Shown: in pieces, positions 38,676 to 50,908 of the stretch
Layout of the letters: every line of letters starts with the position of its first letter
Position numbering within the stretch: position 1 is the first letter of the stretch
NCBI RefSeq assembly: GCF_963921235.1
Contig: NC_086107.1
Coordinates: 95,978,001 to 96,042,000 of the forward strand
Direction: 5' to 3'
From: Mobula hypostoma
Lineage: Eukaryota
DNA: 64,000 nt
Notes under the pieces: generated by a model
Told to the model about the DNA's origin: nothing
The model's input: only the letters and a program-made list of their open reading frames with translations
The model's database searches: none
Translations under genes and position numbers: made by a program

Positions 38676-39040
38676 CAAGAATCTTCAACCCCCAGCTCTG
38701 GGAGTCTGGGAGCAGACCAGCATCTGGCGCACCCCGGCTCCAACAGGTGGAGGGTGTGGGTTGACCAGATCAGGATATTGGAAGGAGGCAGTGACCAAAC
38801 TCACCCCTCCCCATGCACACCACCCATATCGCCACACCCAGGGAAGAATCACCCTCAGTGTCTGAGCCTACAGTGAGGTGATTCACAAAGTTTACTAAGC
38901 CTGTGGGCATGATGCCTCAGACTGAAGGGCAAGAGGACGGGAAAAGTGATTTCAGAACTCAATCATGATCATAACGCTGGCATCTTTAAACGTTAAGTGT
39001 GAAGAGCATTGTGCAATGTGTTAGTGCCTTGCAATATCTT

Positions 39041-39264
39041 ACACAACATGCTGGAGGAACTCAGCAGGCTAGGCAGAATGTATGGAAAAGAGTAAACAGT
39101 GGACGTTTCGGGCCGAGACCCCTCTTCAGGACTGATGAAGGGTCTCAGCCCAAAACATCAACTATTTACTCTTCTCCACAGAAGCTGCCCGGCCTGCTGA
39201 GTTCCTCCAGCATTTTGTGTGTGTTGATTTGGATTTCAAGCATCTGCTGATTTTCTCTTGTTTA
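39041..39264. mobile_element. Penelope-derived palindromic insertion with 16-bp TSD; hammerhead core on minus strand (39098-39133)
   Basis: TGCCTTGCAATATCTT at 39025-39040 and 39265-39280; ~90-bp inverted arms; minus strand reads AGTC-CTGAAGA-ggggtctcggccc-GAAA-C-GTC-CACT. Confidence 0.85.
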
Positions 39265-41831
39265 TGCCTTGCAATATCTTGCCAAGCTCAAGGCTGATGT
39301 GCCTTTCACAGTCAGGTCCACCGACGTCACGCCGGTGTTCTACTCCGACCACTGCCTTCTGCGAGCCACCTGTCTCTTACGGGAGGACCAGAAGGCAGGC
39401 AGGGGGACTTGGAAGCTGAATGTAAAGCTGCTGACCCCAGAGAACATCGAGGAACTAGAGAGGGAGTACACAGGTTGGAGAACCTTGAAAGCCTTCTTTG
39501 ATTCCCCAGTTCACTGGTGGGAAGCCACCAAGGAGAACATCAAGAGGTTCTTCATCCGCAAGGGTATCCAGAAAGCAAGGCAGGAGCAGAGGGAACTGCG
39601 TAAACTCCAGACAGAGTTGCAGCAACTTCTCCTTCTGCAGTCGAAGGGGGTGGATGTGAGGGTGAAAGCAGGAGAGTCTGAATCAGCCACTGACCCTCGA
39701 GGACCTCACTGGGTCTCTTTGGATTTGATGAAAACTCCTGGCAGCATGTCAGACTCCATGAGGAAGGGCATCATTACCCTCATCTACAAGCAGAAGGGGG
39801 AAAGGGAGGATATTAGAAATTGGAGACCCATCTCTCTCCTGAATGTGGACTACAAGATCCCGCCCAGGGCTGTCGCCAACAGGGTCAAGTCTGCTCTGGG
39901 ACAGGTGATCCACCCGGACCAAACCTGTGCTGTACCAGGCAGGAAGATCTCAGACAGCCTCGCGCTGCTGAGGGACACCATCGCCTACGTGCAGGACAGG
40001 GGGGTGGACGCCTGCCTGGTCAGCTTGGACCAGGAGAAAGCCTTCGACAGGATATCGCACACGTACATGGCGGACGTGCTCTCCAAAATGGGATTTGGGG
40101 AGGGAATCCGGAATTGGATCAGACTGCTCTACACAGACATCCATAGTGCAGTCCAGGTCAACGGATGGGAAACAGACAGCTTCCCCATCAGGTCTGGAGT
40201 CAGGCAGGGCTGTCCCCTCTCCCCTGTCTTGTTTGTCTGCTGCATAGAACCCTTGGCGGAAGCCATCAGGAGGGATGAGGGCATAAGAGGGGTGACGCTG
40301 CCAGGCAGTGGAGGGACCCAAGTGAAAACCTCCCTGTACATGGACGACGTCACCGTCTTCTGCTCTGATCCGAGGTCAGTTCGCAGGTTGATTAGCATCT
40401 GCGAACAGTTTGAGCTAGCGTTGGGGGCCAGGGCCAACTGCACGAAGAGCGAAGCCATGCTCTTCGGCAACTGGCCCGACCGATCCAGCATCCCCTTCAC
40501 CATCAGGTCTGACCATGTGAAGGTGTTGGGGATCTGGTTCGGAGGGGTGGAGGCGTGCAACAAGAACTGGCAGGAGCAGACTGCCAAGGTGATACAGAAA
40601 CTGGGACTGTGGGGAGGGCGCTCCCTGTCGATAACGGGCAAGAACCTGGTCATCAGGTGTGAGGTGCTCTCAGGGCTGCTGTACTTGGCGCAGGTCTGGC
40701 CCGTCCCCCGCTCCTACAGCTCGGAAATCACCCGGGCTGTCTTCAGATTCGTCTGAGGATCCAAGATGGAGCGGGTGAGACGGACCGCCATGCACAAGTC
40801 CCTGGGCAACCGGGGCAAGAACGTCCCCAATGTCGCCCTCACCCTGATGGCCAGTTTCGTATGTGGCTGCATCAGGTTGTGTGTAGAGCCCAGGTATGTG
40901 GGCACCAAGTACCACTATGTGCCCAGGTTCTACTTGTCGCCCTGGCTACGAAGGATGGGTCTGGCCCCACTCCCGCGCAACGCCCCAGTCAGCTGGTCGT
41001 TGCCGGCATACCTGTCCTACGTAGCAAAGTTCTTCCAGGAGAACGCCTTTGACCACAGGGCCATCAGGCAGTGGTCGGCACGTAGTATCCTGCAGGCACT
41101 GCAGGAGAAGGATGTGATGGACACAGTGAGGTGGTTCCCTGAGCAGACCGTCCAGTTCATCTGGCAAAATGCCTCCTCGCCAGATCTCAGCAACAGGCAC
41201 CAAGACCTCGCCTGGCCTGCGGTGAGGCATTCTCCCAGATGATCTTGAGCTCCTTGCTCACCTTTTGGCACACTGGATCTGCGAAGGGAGCATGGAGAAA
41301 GATGCAGGGGCTTGCGACACGGTTCATCCCAGGCAGCCTCACGACGGCGGGCTCTCTGATCTCCTGGCGGTTCCGAAGGACGCATGCGGAATCCGACATC
41401 AAGTGCTATTGGCAGATTATCAGCTTGGAGAAAGACCTGCTTTGGTATGCCGGAGAGTTGTTCTACCAGCACACCGAGATGCCCGCAGAGGCACGCTGCT
41501 GACTTGCACCTACCAAGCTGCAGAACTACCTGCTGAGAGATGCACCGTAGCGTGGCGCATTGTCAACCTGGGTTTAGTGGGAAAGGACTACAGTCAGGGT
41601 TCTTCTCCTGCTGGAGACGGAGGGGTGGGGTTAGGCAAGGAAACTCGTCAAATGTTGTAGGATTGTATCACTCCCTGCCCCCCCATGACAGCATGAGTGG
41701 CAATAATCCTATTGGTTTTAAAAAGTACAATAGGACAGTACTGAAAGTACTGACTGTCAATACAAGTGCAATTTATTTATTGCATGGTAATACCTTTTTT
41801 ATTTTGAATTAAGTTTATTTTAATATTAAAA

Positions 41832-41981
41832 ATCTGTTCTTATCAGTTTAATATCTGATACATCCCTTATCTGGGGACCATATATTAAATGGATTTTTGG
41901 AACAGGGAGATGGAATAGGGGCTTGCTCCGTCCACTCCACGCATCGACCCGGTATTGCAGTGCCTCTGGGAACGGTGCACT
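41832..41981 (+). pseudogene. U2: U2 snRNA 3' portion (about nt 38-187), disrupted by Keno-like insertion
   Basis: ATCTGTTCTTATCAGTTTAATATCTGATAC...GGATTTTTGG (Sm site)...GCTTGCTCCGTCCACTCCACGCATCGACC..GTATTGCAGT..GGAACGGTGCAC closely matches vertebrate U2. Confidence 0.95.
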
Positions 41982-42839
41982 CCCCTTCTGGGGAATTTCA
42001 AAGTAGCAAAGAAAAGGAAAACAACAAAAACCCCACCCAATACCAGGCCGCACAAAGAAAGATGTTTTCTCCTCTGAAAGAGGCTTGGGTGGGCAACAAA
42101 GTATCAGGTGGAAATTGCATTTTGTATAGGGTTTAGTTCCTGAAGTCTGGTTCAAACCATAATTATAGAACTCATAATTTAATGACTCTTGCTCCCCTGC
42201 TCTTTGGCTGTCTCCCATACGCAGTGGGTACAGAAATAGGAGGAGATCACAAGGTTATATCCAGAATTGCCGGATCTTCATGGTTCACGTGCAGCTCAGT
42301 TTCCCGTCAGATCGCCAGTAAACATCACCCCAACAGCAGCCGCCTTCTTCCACAGCGCCGCGGATTCTGACTTTGAGACTTCAGTGACCGACGGCACAAT
42401 TTCGAAACAACCGCCTCCTTTCCCTTCAAATATTTCCTGTTTCAGAATCAGAATCAGGTTTATTATCACCTACGCGTGATGTGAAATTTGTTCATTTAGC
42501 AGCAGCAGTTCAATGTAATACATAACCTCGCAGAGAGAAAAAAATAATAATAATGAACAAGTCAGGTCGTAATCAATATAAGTTTCATTCCACAGTGCTC
42601 ACTCCTGAACCCCCTGACAAGACACTCTTGGGCAGTAATGTTCAAAACTCATCTTTTTGTTGCCTGTTGTGGGTAACCGGAATCTTCCGTCACCGAACCC
42701 AAACGATCTTTAACAGATTCCAAAGACAGTTGGTGAAAAGCGAAAAAACAGACATGTGCTGAAAGGATCCGGCCTTTTATAAATTGCTGCTTTCCTGGTA
42801 AACCACTCACAGTTTCCTCCACAGGCTACAGGAGGGAAA

Positions 42840-43664
42840 GGTCTGACTCACTGTTGCAAAGGATGGACCTGACCCTTTTGCCACACAATGCCCCAGTCAG
42901 CTGGACGTTGCCGCCATACCTGTCCTTCATGGAGAAGTTCTTCCAGGAGAACGTCTTTGACCACAGGGCCGTCAGGAAGTGGTCAACACAGAACATCCTG
43001 TGGACACTGCAGGAGAAGGACGTGATGGACAGAGTGGGGTGGTTCCCCGAGCAGACTGTCCAGGTCATCTGGCAAAATGCCTCATGGCCAGACCTCACCA
43101 AGATATTGTGAGAGGGATCATGACTGATGACTGGAGCATCACTCCCATGGGATGACTATAGTGGGGAAGAGACAGTAAGAGACCTCTTTGCAGACTGATC
43201 TATGGCTGCTTTCTCGTGATGCACACGGGGACTGATATCAGGTGGTGCTGGCAGACCACCAACTCGGTGAAGGACGCCTTCTGGTCGGCCCGAAACTTGC
43301 TGGACTCCCAGCACATCGAGGTGTCCATGGAGGAATGCTGCTGACTAACAAGTCCCACGCTGCAGGAGTACCTGCCGAGGGACGCGGTGAAGCTTGGTGC
43401 AAGGGCTCGGTGGGGAGGGACCACAGTGTAGGGGATGTCTTCTATTGGAGAGGGAGGGGCTGGGTTGGGGGAGGAAGCCCATTCATTATTGCAGTTGTAT
43501 ACTATCCCTGGGGGGGGGCACATGAGTGGGATCAGTGCAATGGATGTGTAGGAATGTAATAGAACAGGGCTGAAAGCATTGACTATCAGTGTAGAGAATG
43601 AAAAGGCATTGCTTGGTGCACTTGTGAGAATATTTTTATTATAAATAAGGTTTACTTTGGTTAT
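42840..43664 (+). mobile_element. Tx1/Keno-like copy B, 3' fragment
   Basis: NAPVSWTLPPYLSFMEKFFQENVFDHRAVRKWS...; 3'UTR ending tttttattataaataaggtttactttgg, like copy A. Confidence 0.85.
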
Positions 43665-43730
43665 TCTGTTTTTACAACTCTGTTTAATATCTGAAACAAC
43701 CATTAACTGGGGACCAAATATCAAGCATGG
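43665..43730 (+). pseudogene. U2: Degraded U2 snRNA fragment (about nt 39-100) at copy B 3' junction
   Basis: tctgtt...gtttaatatctgaaac...ctggggaccaaatatcaagcatgg aligns to 41833-41892. Confidence 0.7.
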
Positions 43731-44387
43731 GACTTGACGACAAAACCCCATGCATAGAACACAAAGGATGAGGCCACGCTTTTCCGTCACACACCCGACT
43801 GATCCAACGTCTCTGTAAGATTTGATTAGCATTATTTGTCACAGGTACATCGAAACATACAATGAATCAACAACTAACAGTGCGAGGATGCAGGATGTGA
43901 TGGAGGCAGCCCGCAAGTGTTGCCATGCCAGCATAGCATGTCCACAGCTTACTAATCCGAACGTCCTTGGAATGTGGGAGGAAACCAGAGCACCCAGAGG
44001 AAACCCACGTTGTGACAGGAGAGAATGTACTAACTCCTTACAGGCAGCACCAGGAATGGAACCCCAATCGCTGGCACTGTGAATCGTTATGCCAGCCACT
44101 AAGTACCATGCCACCCAAAGCCCAACTTTGCATGACAATGGACTTCATTGTTTTTTTGTTCTAATTGTACACGTTCAGTATAATGTTGTAGAATTAATGT
44201 TTCTATTTCACTTGTGTCTGTGATGCTGCTGCCATTAACGTTTTCAGTGCATCAATACGTACATGTACTCGTGCAAATTAACCAGCTCGACTCTGAGGTT
44301 GGGGCACACGCGTTAGTGTAGTCTGGCTGCTGGGAATGCCCAGAGTGGGAGGGGCCATTCGGGATTCTGAGGGTGTGTGGACACCAC

Positions 44388-44391
<4 letters not shown>

Positions 44392-44440
<49 letters not shown>

Positions 44441-44480
44441 ATGTGTGTGTGTGCGCGCGTATGTGTGCGCGCACGCGTGT
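44392..44480. repeat. (TG)n / (CG) microsatellite
   Basis: Directly visible. Confidence 0.95.
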
Positions 44481-44926
44481 GACCTTTGAAAACTGACCCA
44501 AGAGGGCCATTAGTCTAGGAATATTCAACCTTCTACATTGTATTTATCATGGGAATGAATAAAATACATTCTGAGGGAAAGGTTACACCCAGCAGTGCAA
44601 GTCAGGTTGGCACCTAACAACATCTGACAACTGGTACCTTTCAGACCCGACCAGCACTGACACTGACTGCAAACACCCATAAACCTCTCAGCTCAGGACT
44701 GCATTTGGGAATGCAGAGCTTTGACCCATTGAATGTAAAGTATTCAACAGAAGCACCCTGAAGACATGCATGTCCTGTTTAAAAACCAGATGCCGGACAA
44801 ATCTGTGGATAGTACAGCCCAGCAGTGCAGAACAGTATCATGGGCCGGTGACGTGGACTGGGGGAGAGGAGATAGCTCACAAAGTAGCTGCAGTGAGTGT
44901 TGTCCCTGCACAGTGAGGGCAGAGAC

Positions 44927-45481
44927 TGTTAGAGTGAGTTTTTTTGGGTGGATGATTTATTACACTTAAGTGACTTTGGCCACCAGACTTCTATTTGACA
45001 AAGTACTGTGGATTGAGTCCACAACAATGCGCTTCCTAAAAAGGTGCGAATACCAGATGCTTCTGGCACCGTACTTTCACCTGATGCTGTAGTTTCGAAG
45101 ACAGTATTATCTATACTTTATAAATATTAATTGTCTTCTATGTTAGCACGGAAATGCCAAATAAATGCATCGTGGATTTAACTTGCATTTCTAAAGGCTG
45201 TGGATACCAACCCAGACATGTTGGCGTCGGAAGGAAAGGATGGTGTGATATTTTGTATGTAGCTTCATTAGGAAGTATTGTCTATGCAGTGTCTATAACT
45301 TTTTAAGTAGTGATTGCCTTTGTGTTTAGCATATAAATATCAAGCCCACATTCAGCTAGCAGACCTTTCTACAGAAAGCATCTCCGTCCATATGATGCCT
45401 GCTGTACCTTGTGTTGAATAAAGAAGCTGCTTTGTATCTACCAGAAACTGTCTCTCCAGTGGTTTCATCCACGCTACAACA
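44927..45481 (+). mobile_element. Solo LTR (555 bp) with 5-bp TSD GAGAC
   Basis: TGTT...AACA termini; GAGAC at 44922-44926 and 45482-45486; TATAAA ~45332, AATAAA 45417; absent from the paralogous arm near 57211. Confidence 0.88.
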
Positions 45482-45561
45482 GAGACAACCAAATCTCAAG
45501 TACATGACATAGGTGTGAATGCAGGTCCCTGTTAATTTCTGAGTCTCCCCAAAAAGCAAAA

Positions 45562-46198
45562 TTCAGCTTAGTTGCTGCAGCCTCTCTGGGTGCAAATGTT
45601 TTCCTGTGAGTACATGACCCTGTTGGACATGGGTGATACAAAATACTGCAAGTTCACTCCATTGGTTCATTGGTGAGATCGAATTCAGGGGAGCCTTGTG
45701 GCCTCAGTTTTTGCATGGACCAGGCCCTCATGCTGCAGGGTCGCCAGTCACAGCTACCCAGAGAAGGAGGCACTAGTCGCAGTGTGGGAGATTACAGAGG
45801 TGCGGTGGGGGCACTGGAATCTGTGCTGGGTTGGGGGCTAGTTCCTGCAGCCTGGCCCTCCCATCACCGCAGGTCTCCAGTGCTCGCTCCGTGGAAGACA
45901 AGCCGGATTGCCCTAATCTGCGGCTGACCCAATGCCAGATAAGGAACTGCTACATACCTGTTCCTGCAGAAACATGGCTTCAGGACAACAGCCCTTGCAC
46001 CATCAATCTTCAAGTCACGACACTCAGGGACCTGTGCTAATATTATATTGTGACTGTATGTGCTACCGTAACTATATGTGCTGTTTGCTGTGTGTGACTG
46101 TATATACCGTGTTTTGGACCTTGACCCCGGAAGAATACTGTTTCATTTAGCTGTATACGTGTGTGGTTGAATGAGAATTAAACCTGAACTTAAACTTG
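45562..46198 (+). mobile_element. Non-LTR retroelement-like insertion with AAACTTG-type tail
   Basis: Absent from the paralogous arm (~57150); 3' end attaaacctgaacttaaacttgaa resembles the tail at ~25505-25523. Confidence 0.6.
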
Positions 46199-46612
46199 AA
46201 AAATACTATCCCGAGAGTAGATATACAAAAGGAGACAGGGGCTGTCATATGCTCAGGAAATTGAGATTTAACATGGATGAGTTAGCACACAACCCATTCC
46301 TAAAACGTAGCCGGCATTGTTGCAGCCACCCTGATCAACAGGGACTGGAACCAGGACAGGATGTGTGGGTTACTCTGTCTACAGTTCTCAGTGTGGGCCA
46401 AACACAAAGACCGGGAGCTAAAAACCCGTTTACAAAAGAAACACCATTAAGCCTGATGCACTAGCAGCCAGTTACAGTTTAGCGAAGGAATTAAAACAGC
46501 AGAGGATACCAAGTGAGATTTCATGGAGTCAAGAAACCAGACAGATCATCTTGCCCTCAGTAAGCTCACATCACCACCTCAGTATCAGGAGCTGTGGTAG
46601 ATTTCCAGCATA

Positions 46613-47139
46613 CAGTACTGAGTAAAAGTCTTAGGTACATACATATTGCTAGGGTGCCTATGACTTTTGCACAGCCCTGTAGCAATTTTATCTATTGCAT
46701 TGTAAAAAAAAACAACAAAATTAATGACATATGTGAGCGACGATAAACCTGATTCTGATATGGGTCTCTATTGTGGACTGAGAGTGGGAAGGGGGTCAGG
46801 GAGAGGGGAATCATAGTTGGGAAAAGAAAAGGGAGAGGGGAGGGAGCGGGGAGTATCAGAGAGACATTTTGTAATGAACAATAAACCAATTGTTTGGAAC
46901 CAAATGACGTTGTCTTGTCTCAGAGCTGGGTGGGTCTGCACCCCACCACCGGCACTCCTTCTCTACCACCTGACCGCGCCCACCCCCCCGTGATCCTTTG
47001 CCCTCGCCATTCTCAACATCCTTTGCTCCCTCCAGATTTACAAACTCAGCCTCCAATCCACATTGACAAATACAGTACTGTGCAGAAGTCTTAAGCACCC
47101 TAGCTATATATATGTACCTAAGAATTTTGCATAGTACTG
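46613..47139. mobile_element. Tc1/mariner-like MITE with 67-bp TIRs that are themselves palindromic, TA-flanked
   Basis: TA|CAGTACTG...CAGCCCTG|TA (46613-46679) and TA|CAGTACTG...TAGTACTG|TA (47073-47139) are approximate reverse complements. Confidence 0.75.
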
Positions 47140-48139
47140 TACATGGCAATAGCAATCAATGCTGGAAAACTCCCACATTTCCCACATGTGTAGCAGCATT
47201 TTGAGGGGCTAAGTTTATCTCTTATACTAGCCCTCATCCCTAAATAAGCCCGTCTCTACAATGTCGGAGGGGAGTCACAGATCCAACTGTCTCTCACACA
47301 GCCTTTCTTTCTTTTCCTCCTTCTCCCTCTATATATCTTACTCTCTCTCTCTCTCTCTCTCTGTCTCTCTAACTTGACCTACTCCAACTCGTAGCAGTAG
47401 TACCAGTTGTGATCTAGCATAAGGCAAAGCTCTCCCCACCACACAAAGAAAGCGACCATTTTTATACCCTTTTAGATTTCTTCGAAGCCTAACAGAAGTA
47501 TCAGCCCAGTTGTTTTCCATGCCTTGGTGGTAGCAGCTGCTCCCCCTTATCTTTTACGACCTGTAGCCCAGACACATAATTGAAGAAAACAGAGGCAATC
47601 GGTTTGTCAGGAGGAAAACATTATTTATTATCTGATCTCAGGGATTTGAACTGGCGAACATCTCCAGACCACCACAACATTCCACTGACACCATCTTGTC
47701 CTCGAACTTCCATTTTGTCTTGGCATGTAATGGAGGAATCACAATTAACCCTTTCCTTATAGGCTGTGATTTAACAGTGGAATTAAACATTTTTTAAAAA
47801 TAACTACAACACACTTTGAATGCAAAATAGTACTGTTCTGGTTACTTCGGATGACTTGATTTGCCCACCAGAGACCGCGCTTAAAGTTCTATCAAACTCA
47901 GTTAATAATCTCAAATCTGAAGTCATCAGTGAGAATGACCAGCAAACCATGCTGTTGCTACAATAACTTATGGTGGTCATTAGATTGTGGGAGATCTGCC
48001 AGGCTGACCAACTCACGGTCAGACCACACACAGGTGAGCCCTACTTCCCCCTCTGACAATACAATCACCAATTCCCAGTCTGTATACATCCCGTTTAGCA
48101 GCACATGGTCTGTAGACTTCTTTACCTTGGCAACTCCAA

Positions 48140-50282
48140 TACTTGTCTAGAGATGTGAGTGGGCAACCCTGTTTGACTCCAGACTTGATGTGGAAGCTAT
48201 CTGTTTCAGTTAAAGTCACTGACTAGAAGGACTGGCTGGGATCTCAACAGTAGCAGTGGGAGCTGCTCGAGGATGACCAGTAGCTTCCTCAACAAGGGCA
48301 AGGCATACACATTGATAACCAGAGCGGAGCGTTACAGTACATTTCGTCTGCCTTGTGGAGATGCAAACCAACCACCTCCTTGCTCCCATCTCCGTAGCAG
48401 AATCCCCAGGCTGGAAGCGCGACAATCGTTCCCCATCCCCCACCCTAACCAAACAGACAAACCCTGGGGCCACCATCGCGACCAGCTCCAGTAGTTGTGG
48501 AGGTGTGGTGGCCTTCGCTCCTGTAAGAAAGTCACATCGGCATTGACCTTGGCCAGGTACTGTAAGACATCTCACAGATCTCTTTACACTGCACACATTT
48601 AATGATGCCTGTCTGAAATCAATGTCCATTATTTGTCCTTGAGGAACAGTTCATACGTGGTCACTCAGCCCGAGCAGTCATGCCCACGGCCTTCATGAGG
48701 ATAATCCTCCCCCAGGGGAAGCGGTACCGGTGGTGTGACTGGGGGAGGGGGGACATTGCTCATTGGTTCTTCTACATCCTGCACTGGCCAACCAGCCCCC
48801 TCCACCTCCCTGAGCTGGGATGACCCAACCCAGATCATCAGAGCTGGGGGGGTGGGGGTAGTGGCTCCTGTGCTTCTCCCAGTCTCCCGGATCTGGGGGC
48901 CAGAGGCCACTGTACAACTCCGGATGCCGTGAAGCTGGAGATGACTGGGCACCCTGCTGCTCTCAGCCTCCTGGGCTGGGGTCTTCTGGCCTCTGTGCTG
49001 CCCCCAGTCTCCCAGAGCTCCTTTCCCAACTCTATTTTCCTTTTCTAGCTTTTCCTGCTCTGCGACGTGCTTCCCTTGGCTGGCTGCTGGTCTCCCGCAC
49101 TTGCTTCGTCCTCTGGCGAAGATAGGCTGTCGTCGGCTGCTTGTTGCCCTGCTCTCCTTCTCTTCCCGTTCCTTTACTTTTCTTCAGTCTCTTGTCATGT
49201 TTCTTCCTCTTCACCCCCTGCCATTCTTCTTCTCCCTCTGCTCTCCCCTCCTCCTCGTCTTGTGGAGCGACCTGGAGATTTTGGGTGGGGAAGTGGGAGC
49301 TCGGGGTGGCTGGTCCTTCCTCAGTCACAGTCTCTGAACCAGTGCTGGGCATGGCCTCTGTGCTGGTGGTGGGTGTGTCGGCGTTTGCCTGAGCCTTTAG
49401 CAGTGCCAGCTCCTCCTCTGGTCACCTGTGCGTAGGTGCCCCCACGCCTCGGGCAGGCCCTGTACAGGTGGCCAGCCTGTCCGCAGAGGTTGCAGGACTT
49501 GGCCTGCGTGCAGTTCTTTGTCTGATGCCCCTCTGTCTTGCTATTCTTAAACATCATTGCCATGCACTGTGCCGCGATGTATCCCGCCTTGTGGTAGATC
49601 CGGGGTTGCCCAGCGTAGATCATTTAGCCGCGATTTTCTCCGATGGCGAAAACTGAGGGGGGGTGGATGACGCCGCCGTCGGAGTCCACACTCAGCTTCA
49701 CCTTGACCTGCCGCTTGCTGGTCCAGATTCCCAGTCCGTCCTTCACGTCTGCTGGAGTTCCTACGCTCTCCACATACCGAGCGAGGAATGTAAGGACATC
49801 TACCACTGGCACGTGCGGGTTGAACATGTGCACCGTGATTGTCCGTTCCTGCTGGGTAGCCGTGGCAAAGAGGGCCTGTGCTTTCAACAGCGACAGCGGC
49901 GCCTCTGTCCCCTTCAGCTGAAGTTGCTGGTACAGCTTCTGCCACCCTGCAACCTGCTGGAAGGTGACGTTAAAGAAGCCGGCGAAATCCTGCAGGCAGT
50001 AGATGTTCTCGGCCTTAAATCCGCAGCAGTCTATTAAGATCTTCCGGATGAAGGTCTCTCTGGTGAAGCCGGTGCCCCCGTTCTGCTCTCGCACTGTCAG
50101 CCTGACAGTTTTCCTGATTCCCGGACCTCAAGTCGATGCACGGGTAACTTTAGCCATCTTCGTTATCACCTCCGTCATCACTGGACAGGGGTGCTAGATT
50201 GGGAACCAATCCACATGAAGATCCGCCCCTGCGTCAGCGGGAAATCCTCTCCTCTGCCTTCTGATCACAGTGAGTCCACCTT
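48140..50282 (-). mobile_element. Tx1/Keno-like copy C: 5'UTR, ORF1 (RRM-like region + zinc knuckles), start of ORF2
   Basis: FTRETFIRKILIDCCGF..IYCLQDF..GIWTSKRQVKVKL; CNLCGQAGHLYRACP knuckle; ORF2 start-like ASLNV..SVK at ~48620; RT scrap IKSGVKQGCPL at ~48170. Confidence 0.88.
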
Positions 50283-50322
50283 GATACTGCACTTGATCTT
50301 AGCCAAAAAGCCGAGAAATGAC
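50283..50322 (-). pseudogene. U2: U2 snRNA 5' portion (nt 1-40) at copy C 5' junction
   Basis: Minus strand GTCATTTCTCGGCTTTTTGGCTAAGATCAAGTGCAGTATC versus recalled U2 ATCGCTTCTCGGCCTTTTGGCTAAGATCAAGTGTAGTATC (35/40). Confidence 0.9.
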
Positions 50323-50720
50323 AGCTTTACCTCTAGCTCTGAGCACTAGTCACATTCCAGGAAAAGGAAAGGTTCCTCTCTTGCACAAAGAAATTGACTC
50401 TTTTTATACCCTTAAAGACTATTTTCTATCTCATGCAACCTTTGGCCAAGACGAAGCAAATTAAAAATAGAGACAGCTGGAGTGAAAGGAGAAAAACATT
50501 CTTCACCAGTATCTAATCTTAATGATGTGTATTCAAAATAGAGACAAAACATTGGGCAATTAGAGGGGAAGATGGCCATCGCCACATTCCAAGCTAACAT
50601 CGTTTGGTTTTACACATTTTAGCATGAACTGAAGAGGAATATAACTTAACCCTTTCCTTGTAAGACCAAAGGGAATTGTTCTGACATATGACAAAAGTGA
50701 CAAAACAGACTTGTCCTGAA

Positions 50721-50908
50721 AACAAAAGATACTGTAGATGCTGGAAATTCAGAGCAACACACACAAAATGCTGGAGGAACTCAGCAGGTCAGGCAGCATC
50801 TATGGAAAAGAATAAACAGTCATGTATTGGGCCAAGACCCTTCAACAGGACCCAGTCCAGATGCCATCTGACCTGGCGAGTTCCTCCAGCATTTTGTGTG
50901 TGTTGATC
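50721..50908. mobile_element. Penelope-derived fold-back insertion with 9-bp TSD TGTCCTGAA
   Basis: TSD at 50712-50720 and 50909-50917; arms acacacaaaatgctggaggaactc / gagttcctccagcattttgtgtgt. Confidence 0.8.

Larger units (their letters stand above)
38237..41831 (+). mobile_element. Tx1-clade (Keno-like, U2-targeting) LINE copy A: ORF1 tail, internally deleted ORF2 with RT, 3'UTR
   Basis: ORF2 start-like MIITLASLNV at ~38966; SDH, NWRPISLLNVDYK, SLDQEKAFD, GVRQGCPLSP, YMDD in ORF 39269-40756; AT-rich 3' end abuts U2 nt 38. Confidence 0.9.
43822..46392 (+). repeat. Left arm of diverged inverted duplication (partner 56962-58235)
   Basis: Collinear reverse-complement similarity over about 1.3 kb once two insertions are removed. 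Confidence 0.9.

Noticed and set aside
39269..40756. 495-aa ORF as a functional or domesticated gene
   Set aside because: Begins at a TTG within a TSD, lacks most of the endonuclease and linker, and ends at a premature stop; it is a transposon remnant.
44313..44528. Similar peptides in ORFs 44313-44528 and 57389-57748 as a gene pair
   Set aside because: Explained by the DNA-level inverted duplication; the frame crosses a microsatellite and shows no coding signature.
47205..47775. Possible solo LTR (motif ttaaccctttcctt shared with ~50646)
   Set aside because: No matching TSD or clear termini could be established.
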